Of a DNA stretch of 39,619 nt, positions 8,715 to 18,466 are shown piece after piece. Source of the DNA: a virus. Taxonomy: Duplodnaviria; Caudoviricetes. The position numbers and the translations under genes are program-made. The stretch covers positions 1 through 39,619 of IMG/VR virus record IMGVR_UViG_3300027956_000020, one strand, 5' to 3'. Every line of letters starts with the position of its first letter. Position 1 is the first letter of the stretch. The notes under the pieces are model-generated. The model was not told where the DNA came from, made no database searches, and was given only the letters and a program-made list of their open reading frames with translations.

Positions 8715-10754
8715 TTATGCTGAGAGTAGCGGACAGGCGACGCGACTGAGGTCGCCGTAAATATCCTCCTGAAGGCGTTGAGCAACCATTGCCACACGCT
8801 TGAGGCGGAACCGGCCCGTGTTGACGTAGCGAAGTTGGAACTCATAGCCATCTCTGGTAAACCCGCCGGTCTGCACGTCGCACTTGTCCGGGGGTTGCGG
8901 AAGGGCAATGCGCGAGCGCGTAGGCGGCTGGTAGTATTTGACCTCCTGGCAGTTGATCACCGCCGGAGGGCAGGAAATCTCACCGGGCTCGCAGTTGCGG
9001 TACTTGGCGCAGTCCTTGAACTCGGCCCACGGCTGCCAGCACTCGCCTTCGTTGGCCTTGAAGTAGACCTTGGATTCGATGTCGCCCATCACCTGGTCGT
9101 ACCACTGCTCAGCGCTCACTAGGCGCTTCTTGTTGGTGGGCTCTGCGAAAGTCAGCGAGCGCGTCTCAATGGTCCAGTCAATCGGCGCATCATCGAACCC
9201 ATCGAAGTCAAACTGGCCGTTCTTGGTGACCTCGTACAGACCGATGTAGTCCTGGTTCAATCCAAACATAAAGCACCGCTCCGTGCGCTTCACTCGAACC
9301 GTGACCATTTGAAATACGTCAACGCCTGTCCAGATACCTTCCCATGCAGGCGGCAGCTTTCGGCCCATGCCCGAGACGAGGTCGAAATCCATCACGACAA
9401 GACCACCATGGACGATACCACGGTTGTTGATCTTGCGCGGCTGGATGGTCATCAGCATCCGGTTGTCGAAGTTCACCGCGCTAGCAGCTGTCAGGTAGAA
9501 CTCAGTGTCGTAGGCCAGCGCCCGCACGACCTGCCGGCTAATCGGCGTGTTGCCGAACTCCGTAAAGTCGCGGCGAGCGTAGATCAACGATCGGATGCCG
9601 TCCTGCGCCCGGAAAATCAGGTCGCCGTTTACCGCAACGATGGACTCTTGGTTGAACGATCCAAAGTTCAGCAGGGCGAATCGCTGGATCGGATAATCGA
9701 GATCCTTCCAAACATCCCGATCGACCGGGGCGTTGAACGCGTAGGTGGCTGTCGGGGTAAAGACCAACAGGTCGCCGTCTCCCAGCGACGTGTCCAGGTT
9801 GGCAGCAAACGCCAGTCCAGTGATCGGGCCGTTGGAGACTGCAAACGCGCCGCCTTCATTGAGGAACGTGTTCTCAGTGAATCGAATGACGCTGTCGCGC
9901 CCGTAGCCCGGATCGCCGTAGACCAAGTCACCGCCGTAGTATTCTGAACCGTTCGCGACCCAGAGGCGCCCCTTGCCGTAGGCCATGGGGCCACCAACAG
10001 GGACTTCATCGCCAGTTGCGCGCCGCAAGGTTGAACCGTTGTAGAGATACGGCTGGTTCTGGCGATCCTGAATGACCAGCCAGTTCTCTGCCTGCTGAAA
10101 GTAGACGTGCGACGCTTGCGGATCGTTGGTCGCCATCTGGTAGGCGTTGAACAACGGACCAAGCAGCGGGCCAGCGTCGATGCCCGGTGAGTACGTCGTG
10201 AACGTCGTGGGACTCGGGACGGTCTCCACAATGAAATCTCCGAAAAAACCTTCCGGGAAGAACGCACCTGGAGGTTCAGGCAGCCGGACAACCATGCCCG
10301 GCGACAACCCGTGCGGAACGCCGCAAACGTAGGTTGCGACATTGGAAACCCGGCCGCGAGTCAGTACCTGAAACGTGAAATTGATCGGAGTCAGGTCGGT
10401 GACCTTAAATCCTCCGTTGATGTCAATCTGAAAGACCTTACCTCCGATGGACGCAAACAGAAACGGGTCAGTGTCGTCGGCAATGTACGTGCCGCATCCC
10501 TGGAACTGGCCTTTTTCAAACGCCTTCTGGACCGCCGCATTGTAGTACCCACCGTTGTAAACGACGGTCGGATCATCGAAGGTGAGATTCTTCACCCAGA
10601 TTCCCGGCCGCGCCTTGGGAAACCCGCCGCGCACCGTCGTGTTGACCGCCCAGGCCAGCTGGTTGGGCTGAATCAGTGACGGCGAAAAACCGCTATCCAC
10701 CCCGCCTTCAGCGGTGAGGAGGCCATCAACGATGCGATTTTTTTCGGCGACCAT
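8715..10754 (-). CDS. Tail tubular protein B / nozzle-like protein, 679 aa
   Basis: Start at ATG 10754 (MVAEK). GGVDS...N-x6-G-x4-RPG N-terminus and beta-propeller-like repeats (GRLWVA, GPITGL, LLVFT, DGIRSL, PISRQV) typical of podovirus nozzle/stabilisation proteins. Confidence 0.7.
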   Translation of the reverse strand: MVAEKNRIVDGLLTAEGGVDSGFSPSLIQPNQLAWAVNTTVRGGFPKARPGIWVKNLTFDDPTVVYNGGYYNAAVQKAFEKGQFQGCGTYIADDTDPFLFASIGGKVFQIDINGGFKVTDLTPINFTFQVLTRGRVSNVATYVCGVPHGLSPGMVVRLPEPPGAFFPEGFFGDFIVETVPSPTTFTTYSPGIDAGPLLGPLFNAYQMATNDPQASHVYFQQAENWLVIQDRQNQPYLYNGSTLRRATGDEVPVGGPMAYGKGRLWVANGSEYYGGDLVYGDPGYGRDSVIRFTENTFLNEGGAFAVSNGPITGLAFAANLDTSLGDGDLLVFTPTATYAFNAPVDRDVWKDLDYPIQRFALLNFGSFNQESIVAVNGDLIFRAQDGIRSLIYARRDFTEFGNTPISRQVVRALAYDTEFYLTAASAVNFDNRMLMTIQPRKINNRGIVHGGLVVMDFDLVSGMGRKLPPAWEGIWTGVDVFQMVTVRVKRTERCFMFGLNQDYIGLYEVTKNGQFDFDGFDDAPIDWTIETRSLTFAEPTNKKRLVSAEQWYDQVMGDIESKVYFKANEGECWQPWAEFKDCAKYRNCEPGEISCPPAVINCQEVKYYQPPTRSRIALPQPPDKCDVQTGGFTRDGYEFQLRYVNTGRFRLKRVAMVAQRLQEDIYGDLSRVACPLLSA

Positions 10755-10759
10755 GACGC

Positions 10760-10788
10760 TTGAAGCCATTGAAAGGCCAACCCATGAT
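10760..10788 (+). promoter_or_regulatory. Candidate promoter for terL in a 43-bp divergent gap
   Basis: TTGAAG-N17-CATGAT, ending 9 nt before ATG 10798; a TTGCGG-N17-TTCAAT element on the minus strand could drive the tail operon. Confidence 0.3.
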
Positions 10789-10797
10789 TCCCGCAAG

Positions 10798-12570
10798 ATG
10801 AATGAAAGCCCCGATTACTTGTCTATACCGTGGCGTACAAAAGACCGTTTCCTGATCGAGGCTGAGATGGTGCGTCGCGGCGGATACATCCAAAACGGAG
10901 GCGTGAAGTACGGGCGCGGCAAATACTACCACTTCCGCCAAGCCATGACTGCGCTCTGGCCGCACTTCGACTGGCACGACTGGTCTGATCTCCTGATCCA
11001 GACATTCGTCGAGAACCAGGAGGTCGGCATCATGGGGCCGGGGTCATCTGGCAAGACATACAATTCAGCAGCGTTCGGACTCTGCACGTTCTACATCTAC
11101 CCAACCGGCACCTCGATCATCATGTCGTCAACGACGCGTGAAGGTCTCCAGCTGCGAATCTGGGGCTCGATCAAGGAGCTTCACAACAAGGCTAAGGCGA
11201 AGCGTGAGTGGCTCCCGGGGCGCGTGATTGAAAGCCGATTCATCCTGACCAGTTCGGATGAAGATGCCGAGGCGCAAGACTTCCGTGATGGCATCATCGG
11301 TGTTGCGTGCAAGGTCGGCGGTACGTTCGTGGGTCTGTCGAACTACGTCGGCTTGAAGAACGACCGCGTCATGCTGATCGCGGATGAAGCGTCGCTGATG
11401 GGGCGCGGCTTTCTGGATTCAGTCGCCAACCTCCGCAAGAACCCGGTGTTCAAGCTGATCGCGATGGGCAACCCGAAAGACCGCAACGACGCGCTAGGCG
11501 TGGTCTGCGAGCCACACCCTACCATCGGTGGCTGGGAGGGGCTTGAGTACCTTGAAAAGACTCGCACCTGGAGAACGCGGGCGCCCGGCGGTGTGGCCGT
11601 CCAGCTGTGTGGGTACGACACGCCGAATGCGAAGTTTCCCAAGGGCACCAACCCGTACAAGGGCATCATCACGCCGGAGCAGATTCAGGCGGATCTCGAT
11701 TACTACGGCCGCGACTCGTTGCAGTTCTCGATGATGAACCTTGGTGTGCTGCCCCGGGACGGCGGCACCAGGCGCGTGGTCACGATGTCCTTGTGCGAGC
11801 AGAACCAGGCGTTCGACGAACCAATCTGGGAACGTGCCGACAAGCTGACAAGAATCATCGGCATCGACGCTGCGTACTCGGGCGTCGGCGGCGATCGCTG
11901 CGTAATGACGGACCTTACGTTCGGGCCGGATTCATCGGGGCGCATCGTGCTAGCATTCAGTGAGGCACCGATTGTTATCCCGGTTACCGCAGTCAAGGCG
12001 CAGCAGGCCGAAGAGCAGATTGCCGAGTACGTCTTGCTGTACTGCAAGCAGCGCAATATCTCACCGGAGCGTGTTGGGTTTGACTCCACGGGGCGCGGCA
12101 CGCTCATGTCTGCGTTTGCTCGGTTGTGGTCGCCTGAGGTTGTTCCGATCGAGTTCGGTGGCCGACCAAGCGAGCGCCCGGTGCGAAAGGGTGATCCGAA
12201 GACTGAGCGCGAAGCCTACGGCAAGATGGTCACCGCGTTGTGGTATTCGTCGCGCCTGTTGATCGAATCCAAGCAGCTGCGGAAACTGCCCCGCGAAGTG
12301 GCCGAGGAAGGCGCGATGCGCGAGTGGGGTATCGCCCGCACCGGGTTGATCGACGTTGAGCCCAAGAACAAGACCAAGGAGCGCATGGGTCGGTCGCCTG
12401 ACCTCTGGGATTCGTTCGTGGTCGCACTCGAAATGGCGCGCCGAAACGGTTTTGAGATTGCAGGCGGTCAGGGGGTTGGTATTGTCAAGCGACAGACACC
12501 AAAGTGGCTGACACGTCTGTCAGACAAGCGGCGCACGATGGCGTCTGAACATTCGCTAACCTATTCATAA
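10798..12570 (+). CDS. terL: Terminase large subunit, 590 aa
   Basis: Walker A GPGSSGKT, Walker B VMLIADE, motif III 'GNP', RuvC-like nuclease IIGIDAA...GD and C-terminal 'KERMGRSPDLWDS'. Start 10798 chosen to avoid overlap with the divergent gene. Confidence 0.92.
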   Translation: MNESPDYLSIPWRTKDRFLIEAEMVRRGGYIQNGGVKYGRGKYYHFRQAMTALWPHFDWHDWSDLLIQTFVENQEVGIMGPGSSGKTYNSAAFGLCTFYIYPTGTSIIMSSTTREGLQLRIWGSIKELHNKAKAKREWLPGRVIESRFILTSSDEDAEAQDFRDGIIGVACKVGGTFVGLSNYVGLKNDRVMLIADEASLMGRGFLDSVANLRKNPVFKLIAMGNPKDRNDALGVVCEPHPTIGGWEGLEYLEKTRTWRTRAPGGVAVQLCGYDTPNAKFPKGTNPYKGIITPEQIQADLDYYGRDSLQFSMMNLGVLPRDGGTRRVVTMSLCEQNQAFDEPIWERADKLTRIIGIDAAYSGVGGDRCVMTDLTFGPDSSGRIVLAFSEAPIVIPVTAVKAQQAEEQIAEYVLLYCKQRNISPERVGFDSTGRGTLMSAFARLWSPEVVPIEFGGRPSERPVRKGDPKTEREAYGKMVTALWYSSRLLIESKQLRKLPREVAEEGAMREWGIARTGLIDVEPKNKTKERMGRSPDLWDSFVVALEMARRNGFEIAGGQGVGIVKRQTPKWLTRLSDKRRTMASEHSLTYS

Positions 12571-12574
12571 CCTT

Positions 12575-13000
12575 GTGGCCTCATTCAACAAAGTCATCCT
12601 GATCGGCAACCTCACCCGAGACATCGAACTCAAGTACCTCCCGAAGGGGACGGCGGTCTGCAACCTCAGCCTGGCAGTGAATCGCCGCTGGAAGACTGAA
12701 GCCGGTGAGGAGAAGGAGGATGTTTACTTTGCTGAGTGCAAGGCGTTCGGGAAGCAGGCTGAAACGATCGCTCAGTACGTCAAGAAGGGTCACCCGCTGA
12801 TGGTTGAGGGGCGCCTGACCCGTGAAGAGTGGGACGACAAGAAGACCGGCGAGAAGCGGTCCACCACTCGAATTATGATCGAGACCTTCCAGTTCCTGAA
12901 AGGACGCGATGAAGGTGCCGCGCCAGCCCCGCGACGTGAGACTGCACCGGCCGCTGCTGCCCCGAAGCCTGATCTCGACGAAGATGATGTTCCGTTCTAA
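12575..13000 (+). CDS. ssb: Single-stranded DNA-binding protein
   Basis: NKVILIGNLTRD...VEGRL OB fold and acidic tip DEDDVPF. Confidence 0.97.
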   Translation: MASFNKVILIGNLTRDIELKYLPKGTAVCNLSLAVNRRWKTEAGEEKEDVYFAECKAFGKQAETIAQYVKKGHPLMVEGRLTREEWDDKKTGEKRSTTRIMIETFQFLKGRDEGAAPAPRRETAPAAAAPKPDLDEDDVPF

Positions 13001-13009
13001 ACCTCACCC

Positions 13010-13282
13010 ATGAACCGACTGACGTTTCCTCCGGGCGGGTGGCAATTCTACGAGCCCAAGACCAACTGGAGCCCGAAGGATGTCATAAACTACGGTTTCT
13101 ACGAAATGGCCAACCTGATTCACCAGCATCGGGTTGCGAACAGCATTCCGTCCACAATCGACCAGGCAATCTCTGACCTGGAGGCTTACACTCGGGCGCG
13201 GTTCCCCCAAATGGCGGCCACTCCATCCCACACGACGAATGTACAACCAAGGACTTCAGGCTGTCGCTCGTGCGGCCGCTAA
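13010..13282 (+). CDS. Hypothetical protein, 90 aa, ending in a GCRSCG motif
   Basis: Compact ORF in the operon; PPGGWQFYEPKT N-terminus and a CxxC tail. Confidence 0.65.
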   Translation: MNRLTFPPGGWQFYEPKTNWSPKDVINYGFYEMANLIHQHRVANSIPSTIDQAISDLEAYTRARFPQMAATPSHTTNVQPRTSGCRSCGR

Positions 13283-13631
13283 ATTGCGCCAGACGGCTCA
13301 GGGAGCGCGGATCCTGGCAGAATGGCTAGGTGAGGGTGGCACGCCTGTCGATCGCCAGAAGGCGCAGGACCGCATTGATACCTGCAACCGCTGCCTGCAC
13401 AACAAACCCACGGATGCGCGGTCGATTACCAAGACCGTTGCCGAGGTCATTCTGGAGCAGGAGCAAGCTCGCAACGATATGGCCATGTTTCTACACGGCG
13501 AGGGCCTTGCGGGCACATGTGACGTCTGCGGCTGCTACCTGAAGCTGAAAGTTTGGGTGCCGCTCAACTACCTCGGAGACACGGAAATGCCTGATAAATG
13601 CTGGATTTCGCACGAACGGAAAGCAATCTGA
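13239..13631 (+). CDS. Small Cys-rich probable Zn-binding protein (DUF6171-like pattern), 130 aa
   Basis: ATG 13239 (MYNQG); R-x3-CNRC...CDVCGC-x4-K...PDKCW. Confidence 0.65.
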   Translation: MYNQGLQAVARAAAKLRQTAQGARILAEWLGEGGTPVDRQKAQDRIDTCNRCLHNKPTDARSITKTVAEVILEQEQARNDMAMFLHGEGLAGTCDVCGCYLKLKVWVPLNYLGDTEMPDKCWISHERKAI

Positions 13632-13638
13632 GGTCAAT

Positions 13639-15909
13639 ATGAGTTTCAAAGAACCGAGTAAAGTCTGGAATGTGGTGAGCGCCATGCTTGAGGCAGAACA
13701 GCCTCGATCTCGCAACCGCGCCCGCATCAACGCGACGTTCAACGGCAACCCTCCCTACAGCGATGAGGAGGCCCGGGACAACCGCATCCAGACCAACGTT
13801 AACTTCCTGGAAGGCACCCGGATCATCCATGCCTCCCGCCAGCAGTTCACCAACGCGTTCCTGAAACCGCAGAATTACTTCTCGGTTGGTCTCGATATCG
13901 GCCCCCGCGACAAGCGCACCCAGTGGGGCAACATCATCACGAAGCAGTTGAACCGCATAATGAAGCGGTCTCCGAAATACTCCACGGTCTTGGAGTCTCA
14001 GTTTGCGGCCACCGTGCTTCACGGTATCGGCCCCGTCACCTGGCTTCGTGATCGCGACTGGTGCCCATCGGCTCGCGGCACCGAGGACATCCTGGTTCCG
14101 ACAAACACGCTGACCACGATGGAGAACCTGTCGCACTTCGCGATCTACACGTCCTTCACGGCAGCGGACCTCATCCGAATGACCCGGGGCGAGAACGTGG
14201 ACCCCGGCTGGAATCTGAAGCTCGTGAACCAGTTGCTGGCCAACATGATCCAGAACGAGGCGACCAGTCTTCAGGTGAACGACTGGTCCGGCCAATACTT
14301 CCCCGAGAAGGTTGAGGAAGATTTCAAAGAGAACTCTGGCTACTGGGGATCCGACGCGACGCCGGTGCTGCGCTGCTACGATTTCTACTTCCTGGACACG
14401 ACCAGCGACGACCCCTCCTGGCGCCGCCGGATCATCGTGGACCAGTACAACAGCGGCATCGGCAATATGCAGACCGCCGGCCAGTGGCTTTTCGATGCCG
14501 GCGACCGGTGCTACGGCCGGGATATCTTCGAGTTGATGCACGTCCAGTTTGCCGACGGCGCTGTCGTGCCGCCGTTCCGTTGGCACTCGGTGCGTTCACT
14601 GGGATACCTGCTTTACGCGGTCTGCCACCTCCAGAACCGGCTACGCTGCAAATTCACGGACTCTGTGTTCGAGCAGATGCTCTGGCTCTTCCGCAACGTC
14701 GCCGAGGGTGACGCTGAGCGGATGGAGAAGATCGACCTGTTCAACATGGGCGTGATTCCCGAGGGGCTCTCATGGGTTCCGCAGTCTGAGCGCCACGTCG
14801 TGGATTACACGATGCTGTCGGGTGCCATGACTATGCACCGGCAGATCATGGCCGAATCCAGCGCGGCCTACACGCAGGACGTCAACGACGGTTCCTCGAA
14901 GGAACTGACAGCGACCGAGGTGATGGCCCGCGTAAACAACGCCAACGCGCTGATGGGCTCGATGCTGACCCGCGCCTACACCCAGCAGACCTTCCAGTAC
15001 CGCGAGATCGCTCGCCGGTTCTGCACGATTGATCATCCCGACTGCGTTCAGTTTCGCCGGAAGTGCGAGGTCGAAGGCGTTGACCCATCCGTCTGGAACA
15101 ACCTGGACAGCTGGGACATCATGCCTGAGCGCGTTATGGGCTCCGGCAACAAGATGCTTGAGATCGCCCAAGCCGATCGCCTCATGGCTATCCGGCCGCT
15201 GCTGGCACCGGATTCCCAGGCCGAGGTGGTTCACATGTACGTCGAGGCCAACACCGACGATCCCCTCCTGGCGAACCGGCTGGCACCGGTGGACAACAAG
15301 CCGGTCTCCCCGGCCGTTGAGCGCGCTACGCTGGCTTGGGGCACACTCATCGACGGTCAGCCGGTGGTTATCGCCAGCGCGATCAATCGGCCCGAGTACA
15401 TTCAGACGCTCCTGCAAATGCTCGGGGCGTCGATCGGCAAGATCGAACAGGCTGGTGGTATGCCGACCATGGAACGTGTCCTAGGCCTTGCGAACGTGAT
15501 TCAGCATATCCAGGAGCAGATGCAGCTGATTTCCCAAGACCCCGGCCAGGAGCAGAACATGAAGCTCTACAACGACGGCATCAGCCAGGCGTCGAACTAC
15601 ATCAAGGGCTACGTGCAGCGTCTCCAGGAGCAGGCTCAGGCTCAGGCCGAAGCCGGCGCAGCTGGCAACGGTATGGACGCCCAGACGGCGGCCAAGGTTC
15701 AGTCGATGCTCATCACCGCGCAGTCGAAGTCCGAGATCGCCGCTGCGAACGCCGAGCAGAAGCGCATCCAGAAGCAGGTCGCCTTCGATCAGGACCAGCA
15801 GCGCAAGAACGCTAGCACGATCGCTGAAGCTCAGCGCAAGGGCGCCATGACTCGGGCGGACATCGCGGCCATGGATCTCAAGACTCAGGCAAACATCCTC
15901 AACCAATGA
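13639..15909 (+). CDS. Portal protein, 756 aa
   Basis: Size, position after the terminase, 'LTATEVMAR' motif and a long Gln/Ala C-terminal helix (P22-like barrel). Confidence 0.75.
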   Translation: MSFKEPSKVWNVVSAMLEAEQPRSRNRARINATFNGNPPYSDEEARDNRIQTNVNFLEGTRIIHASRQQFTNAFLKPQNYFSVGLDIGPRDKRTQWGNIITKQLNRIMKRSPKYSTVLESQFAATVLHGIGPVTWLRDRDWCPSARGTEDILVPTNTLTTMENLSHFAIYTSFTAADLIRMTRGENVDPGWNLKLVNQLLANMIQNEATSLQVNDWSGQYFPEKVEEDFKENSGYWGSDATPVLRCYDFYFLDTTSDDPSWRRRIIVDQYNSGIGNMQTAGQWLFDAGDRCYGRDIFELMHVQFADGAVVPPFRWHSVRSLGYLLYAVCHLQNRLRCKFTDSVFEQMLWLFRNVAEGDAERMEKIDLFNMGVIPEGLSWVPQSERHVVDYTMLSGAMTMHRQIMAESSAAYTQDVNDGSSKELTATEVMARVNNANALMGSMLTRAYTQQTFQYREIARRFCTIDHPDCVQFRRKCEVEGVDPSVWNNLDSWDIMPERVMGSGNKMLEIAQADRLMAIRPLLAPDSQAEVVHMYVEANTDDPLLANRLAPVDNKPVSPAVERATLAWGTLIDGQPVVIASAINRPEYIQTLLQMLGASIGKIEQAGGMPTMERVLGLANVIQHIQEQMQLISQDPGQEQNMKLYNDGISQASNYIKGYVQRLQEQAQAQAEAGAAGNGMDAQTAAKVQSMLITAQSKSEIAAANAEQKRIQKQVAFDQDQQRKNASTIAEAQRKGAMTRADIAAMDLKTQANILNQ

Positions 15910-16169
15910 TTCAAACCCCCAAGCAAGAGTTTCAGCGCGACAAGGATCGCGTGATGGAGCTTGAGCGCCTACTGGACAACGCCAACTTCCAAGCCGCGCT
16001 GTTGGCCGCCTTCAACAATCTCTGCTGGAACCTGCCAGCATCCGAAAACCCTCAACACGGCTGGAACGCTAACTGCCGCCGGCAGGGCGCCAAGGCGTTG
16101 ATCGAGGAGCTTCATGGGTTGGTGACCACGCAGAGAGAAAAACCGACCGTAAAACAGAACCTTGAATGA
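15906..16169 (+). CDS. Small protein following the portal, 87 aa
   Basis: ATGA overlaps with both neighbours; helical, with an 'RRQGA' motif like small portal-adjacent podovirus proteins. Confidence 0.7.
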   Translation: MIQTPKQEFQRDKDRVMELERLLDNANFQAALLAAFNNLCWNLPASENPQHGWNANCRRQGAKALIEELHGLVTTQREKPTVKQNLE

Positions 16170-17413
16170 ACTTGCTGCTATCACCTGACGCGCCAACTGA
16201 ACGGGGCGCAGATTACACTGAAGCCTTCGCCGGCATCGACGCGCTCGAAGGCAACGCGCTTGAAAACCCGATGGGGTCGCCGGCGCCTGCCGCTCCTGTC
16301 GCGCCACAAGCGCCAGAACCGGTCGCCACGCCAGAACCGCAGGCGGTCACACCGGCTACCCCGCAGAAGACCGACGACCTGTTCAACCTCGACAAGCTGG
16401 TCTCCCCCAAGACCGAGGTTGCTGCACCTGCCAAAACGCCGGATCCGGCCCCGAAGAATGAGCCTGCCTCGTTGAAGCAGTTTCGCGAGCAGTACGAGAT
16501 GACTAAGAAGGAGCGCGACGATCTGGCCTCCAAGATCCAGGAGCTTGAGCGCGCCAAGGCTGACGGCACCCGTAAGGAGGTTGAGGAAGCCACGAAGTCT
16601 CTCAAGGCGGAGATGGATGCGATCCGCAAGAACGCCGAGGAACTCGATACCGAGGTCCGCTACCTGAACTACACGCGTTCCAGCGATTACAAGCAGAAGT
16701 ACGAGACGCCCCTGCGTGATGCCTGGCAAACGGCCCTGGGGGATATCGAAGGTATCCGCGTCACCGATGAAGACGGCACTGAGCGCGACGCCAATCACCA
16801 AGACATCATGGTGCTCTTGAACGTGCCGGTGGCCAAGGCGGCTATCATTGCTCAAGAGACGTTTGGCCCGGCAGCGCCCGAGATCATGGCGCACCGCCGC
16901 CGGCTCATCGAGTTGACCCAGGCGCGGGACAAGTCCATCACCGAATGGAAGGAGAAGGGTGCCCAGCGCGAGGTCGAATCAAAGAAGCAGCTGGAGAGTC
17001 GCCAGACGCGCTCGCGTGACCTGTTTGAGTCGCAGTTTGCCGACTACGAGAAAACTCACACTCAGTTGTTCGGCCGTGACGACAGCGACGAAGAAGGCAA
17101 CAAGCTCCTGGACGAAAGCGACCGCCTGGTCCGTATCGCACTCAAGGGCGAGGGCATCGACGCCGACATGGGCTACGACGACAAGGTTGACCTCATCACG
17201 AAGGCTCAGGCCCAGGTTGCTCTGCGGGCGCGGGCCTACGGGCGCGAGCGCCTGCGGGTGATCCGCCTCCAGCAGAAGGTGGCCGAACTTGAAAAGAAGG
17301 TCGGCAAGGTCCGGTCGTCTGAACCCGGCCAGGGCGAAGGCACCTCGACCGCTACCCGGGTGTCGCCAAAGAACGCGGAAGACGCGATCGACGAACTGCC
17401 GTCAGCGTACTAA
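16166..17413 (+). CDS. Putative scaffolding protein, 415 aa
   Basis: Pro/Ala-rich disordered N-terminus, long charged coiled coils, position after the portal. Confidence 0.6.
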   Translation: MNLLLSPDAPTERGADYTEAFAGIDALEGNALENPMGSPAPAAPVAPQAPEPVATPEPQAVTPATPQKTDDLFNLDKLVSPKTEVAAPAKTPDPAPKNEPASLKQFREQYEMTKKERDDLASKIQELERAKADGTRKEVEEATKSLKAEMDAIRKNAEELDTEVRYLNYTRSSDYKQKYETPLRDAWQTALGDIEGIRVTDEDGTERDANHQDIMVLLNVPVAKAAIIAQETFGPAAPEIMAHRRRLIELTQARDKSITEWKEKGAQREVESKKQLESRQTRSRDLFESQFADYEKTHTQLFGRDDSDEEGNKLLDESDRLVRIALKGEGIDADMGYDDKVDLITKAQAQVALRARAYGRERLRVIRLQQKVAELEKKVGKVRSSEPGQGEGTSTATRVSPKNAEDAIDELPSAY

Positions 17414-17559
17414 CGAGCGGCCCTACGGCCAGCAGCGGCTCGGCGTTGGAACTCTTCCGCGCCGAGCTTTTTTCTGCCGATGGATGCCGCGAGAGCGCGA
17501 GGATCATCCGCACCTTGATTCTTCAGCTTGCGGACCAGTTTGGCGTATTTCGTTTGCAT
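17410..17559 (-). CDS. Small basic protein, 49 aa
   Basis: ATG 17559: MQTKYAKLVRKLKNQGADDPRALAASIGRKKLG...; convergent stop overlap with the scaffold gene. Confidence 0.6.
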   Translation of the reverse strand: MQTKYAKLVRKLKNQGADDPRALAASIGRKKLGAEEFQRRAAAGRRAAR

Positions 17560-17563
17560 AGAG

Positions 17564-17812
17564 TCACTTCCAGGCCCGGCAGGACCAATACTTGGCAGAC
17601 AGCTTCGTTCCCGGGGTGTCGCAGTTAAACCGCGCATGGAATCTCTTCCGGTTCTTCGGAATGTGCTTCTTGATCGGCATCTTGGGGTCGCCGAAGCGCA
17701 CGAGAGCGACCTTGCCGTCTTCCTTGGCCAGCACGGCAGACTTCTTGGACGCGCCCGGGGTTGACTTGGGCTTGTTGTAGCCTGCGAATTTCTGGCCTCG
17801 GTACGTAATCAT
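17564..17812 (-). CDS. Small basic phage protein (DUF6321-like), 82 aa
   Basis: ATG 17812; motif VRFGDP...RKRFHARFNC...SAKYWSCRAW. Confidence 0.7.
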   Translation of the reverse strand: MITYRGQKFAGYNKPKSTPGASKKSAVLAKEDGKVALVRFGDPKMPIKKHIPKNRKRFHARFNCDTPGTKLSAKYWSCRAWK

Positions 17813-18024
17813 TTGGTTTTGGGCAGCACGTACCAACCAGCTGGAAGAGTGACCTTATCCGGGCCTGAGAGATTCCCGTCCTTGTCGAACGCGTACACGC
17901 GAGCACGGACGGGCTCTGCTAGCATCACCGGGTCACCGCTTGGGACCAGGATCACCTTGGTCTGGCAGCCCAGGAAGATGGGCAATGCGATCAGCCAGAT
18001 CAGACTTGAGAGCTTTGGGTGCAT
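17809..18024 (-). CDS. Lipoprotein, o-spanin (Rz1)-like, 71 aa
   Basis: Basic N-terminus, hydrophobic core and lipobox FLGC; sits in the lysis cluster. Confidence 0.6.
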   Translation of the reverse strand: MHPKLSSLIWLIALPIFLGCQTKVILVPSGDPVMLAEPVRARVYAFDKDGNLSGPDKVTLPAGWYVLPKTK

Positions 18025-18103
18025 TTCCGTCTTGGACTGTCGGCGCAGGCGTTTCCCGGATCCAGTCCAGGAACGCCTTCACCAGTTGGTAGATCCAGTT
18101 CAA
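17933..18103 (-). CDS. Small protein overlapping the lipoprotein gene in another frame (Rz-like position), 56 aa; not in the ORF track
   Basis: TTG start overlapping the upstream stop: MNWIYQLVKAFLDWIRETPAPTVQDGNAPKALKSDLADRIAHLPGLPDQGDPGPKR. Confidence 0.5.
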   Translation of the reverse strand: MNWIYQLVKAFLDWIRETPAPTVQDGNAPKALKSDLADRIAHLPGLPDQGDPGPKR

Positions 18104-18279
18104 TCGGGATCCGTTGCGTCCTCAAGATTTTCGAGGATTCGTTTGATCGCCTGTTCGGTGCGCCAGTCATCATCACTGAGCATGATGCCCTTGTTGACGG
18201 CGTCGTGAACGATCGAGACCGGAGTCTCAACGACGACACCGAGTGTGGCCTTCGTCAGTGAAGATAGAATGCCAAACAT
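18100..18279 (-). CDS. Small hypothetical protein, 59 aa; not in the ORF track
   Basis: ATG 18279: MFGILSSLTKATLGVVVETPVSIVHDAVNKGIMLSDDDWRTEQAIKRILENLEDATDPD; fills the gap between the holin and the next gene. Confidence 0.6.
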   Translation of the reverse strand: MFGILSSLTKATLGVVVETPVSIVHDAVNKGIMLSDDDWRTEQAIKRILENLEDATDPD

Positions 18280-18283
18280 GGGT

Positions 18284-18466
18284 TCAAGGAGCCGGCGGAG
18301 TCTTGGACTTCCGGTTGTTCCAAGCGGACCACGCGACCGCGATGATCGTGATCACGGCACCTGCCAATTCGTTGGCCTGGTCAACGGTGACGAGGCCCTT
18401 GGCGACCAAGAACCCGCCTCCGAATGAAAGGCCGTGGCGGACGATAGATTTGATGGAGTCGTTCAT
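18284..18466 (-). CDS. Holin (Pam3-gp28-like), 60 aa
   Basis: IVRHGLSFGGGFLVAKG...AGAVITIIAVAWS: two hydrophobic helices and a basic tail. Confidence 0.75.
   Translation of the reverse strand: MNDSIKSIVRHGLSFGGGFLVAKGLVTVDQANELAGAVITIIAVAWSAWNNRKSKTPPAP

Noticed and set aside
8714-8908. Upstream extension of the tailspike ORF (and similar track extensions, e.g. 10714, 23074, 24390, 37159)
   Set aside because: They overlap neighbouring genes or promoters; downstream starts give tight junctions and better N-termini.
13564-16894. Long antisense ORFs opposite portal and scaffold
   Set aside because: High-GC shadow frames fully overlapping well-supported genes.
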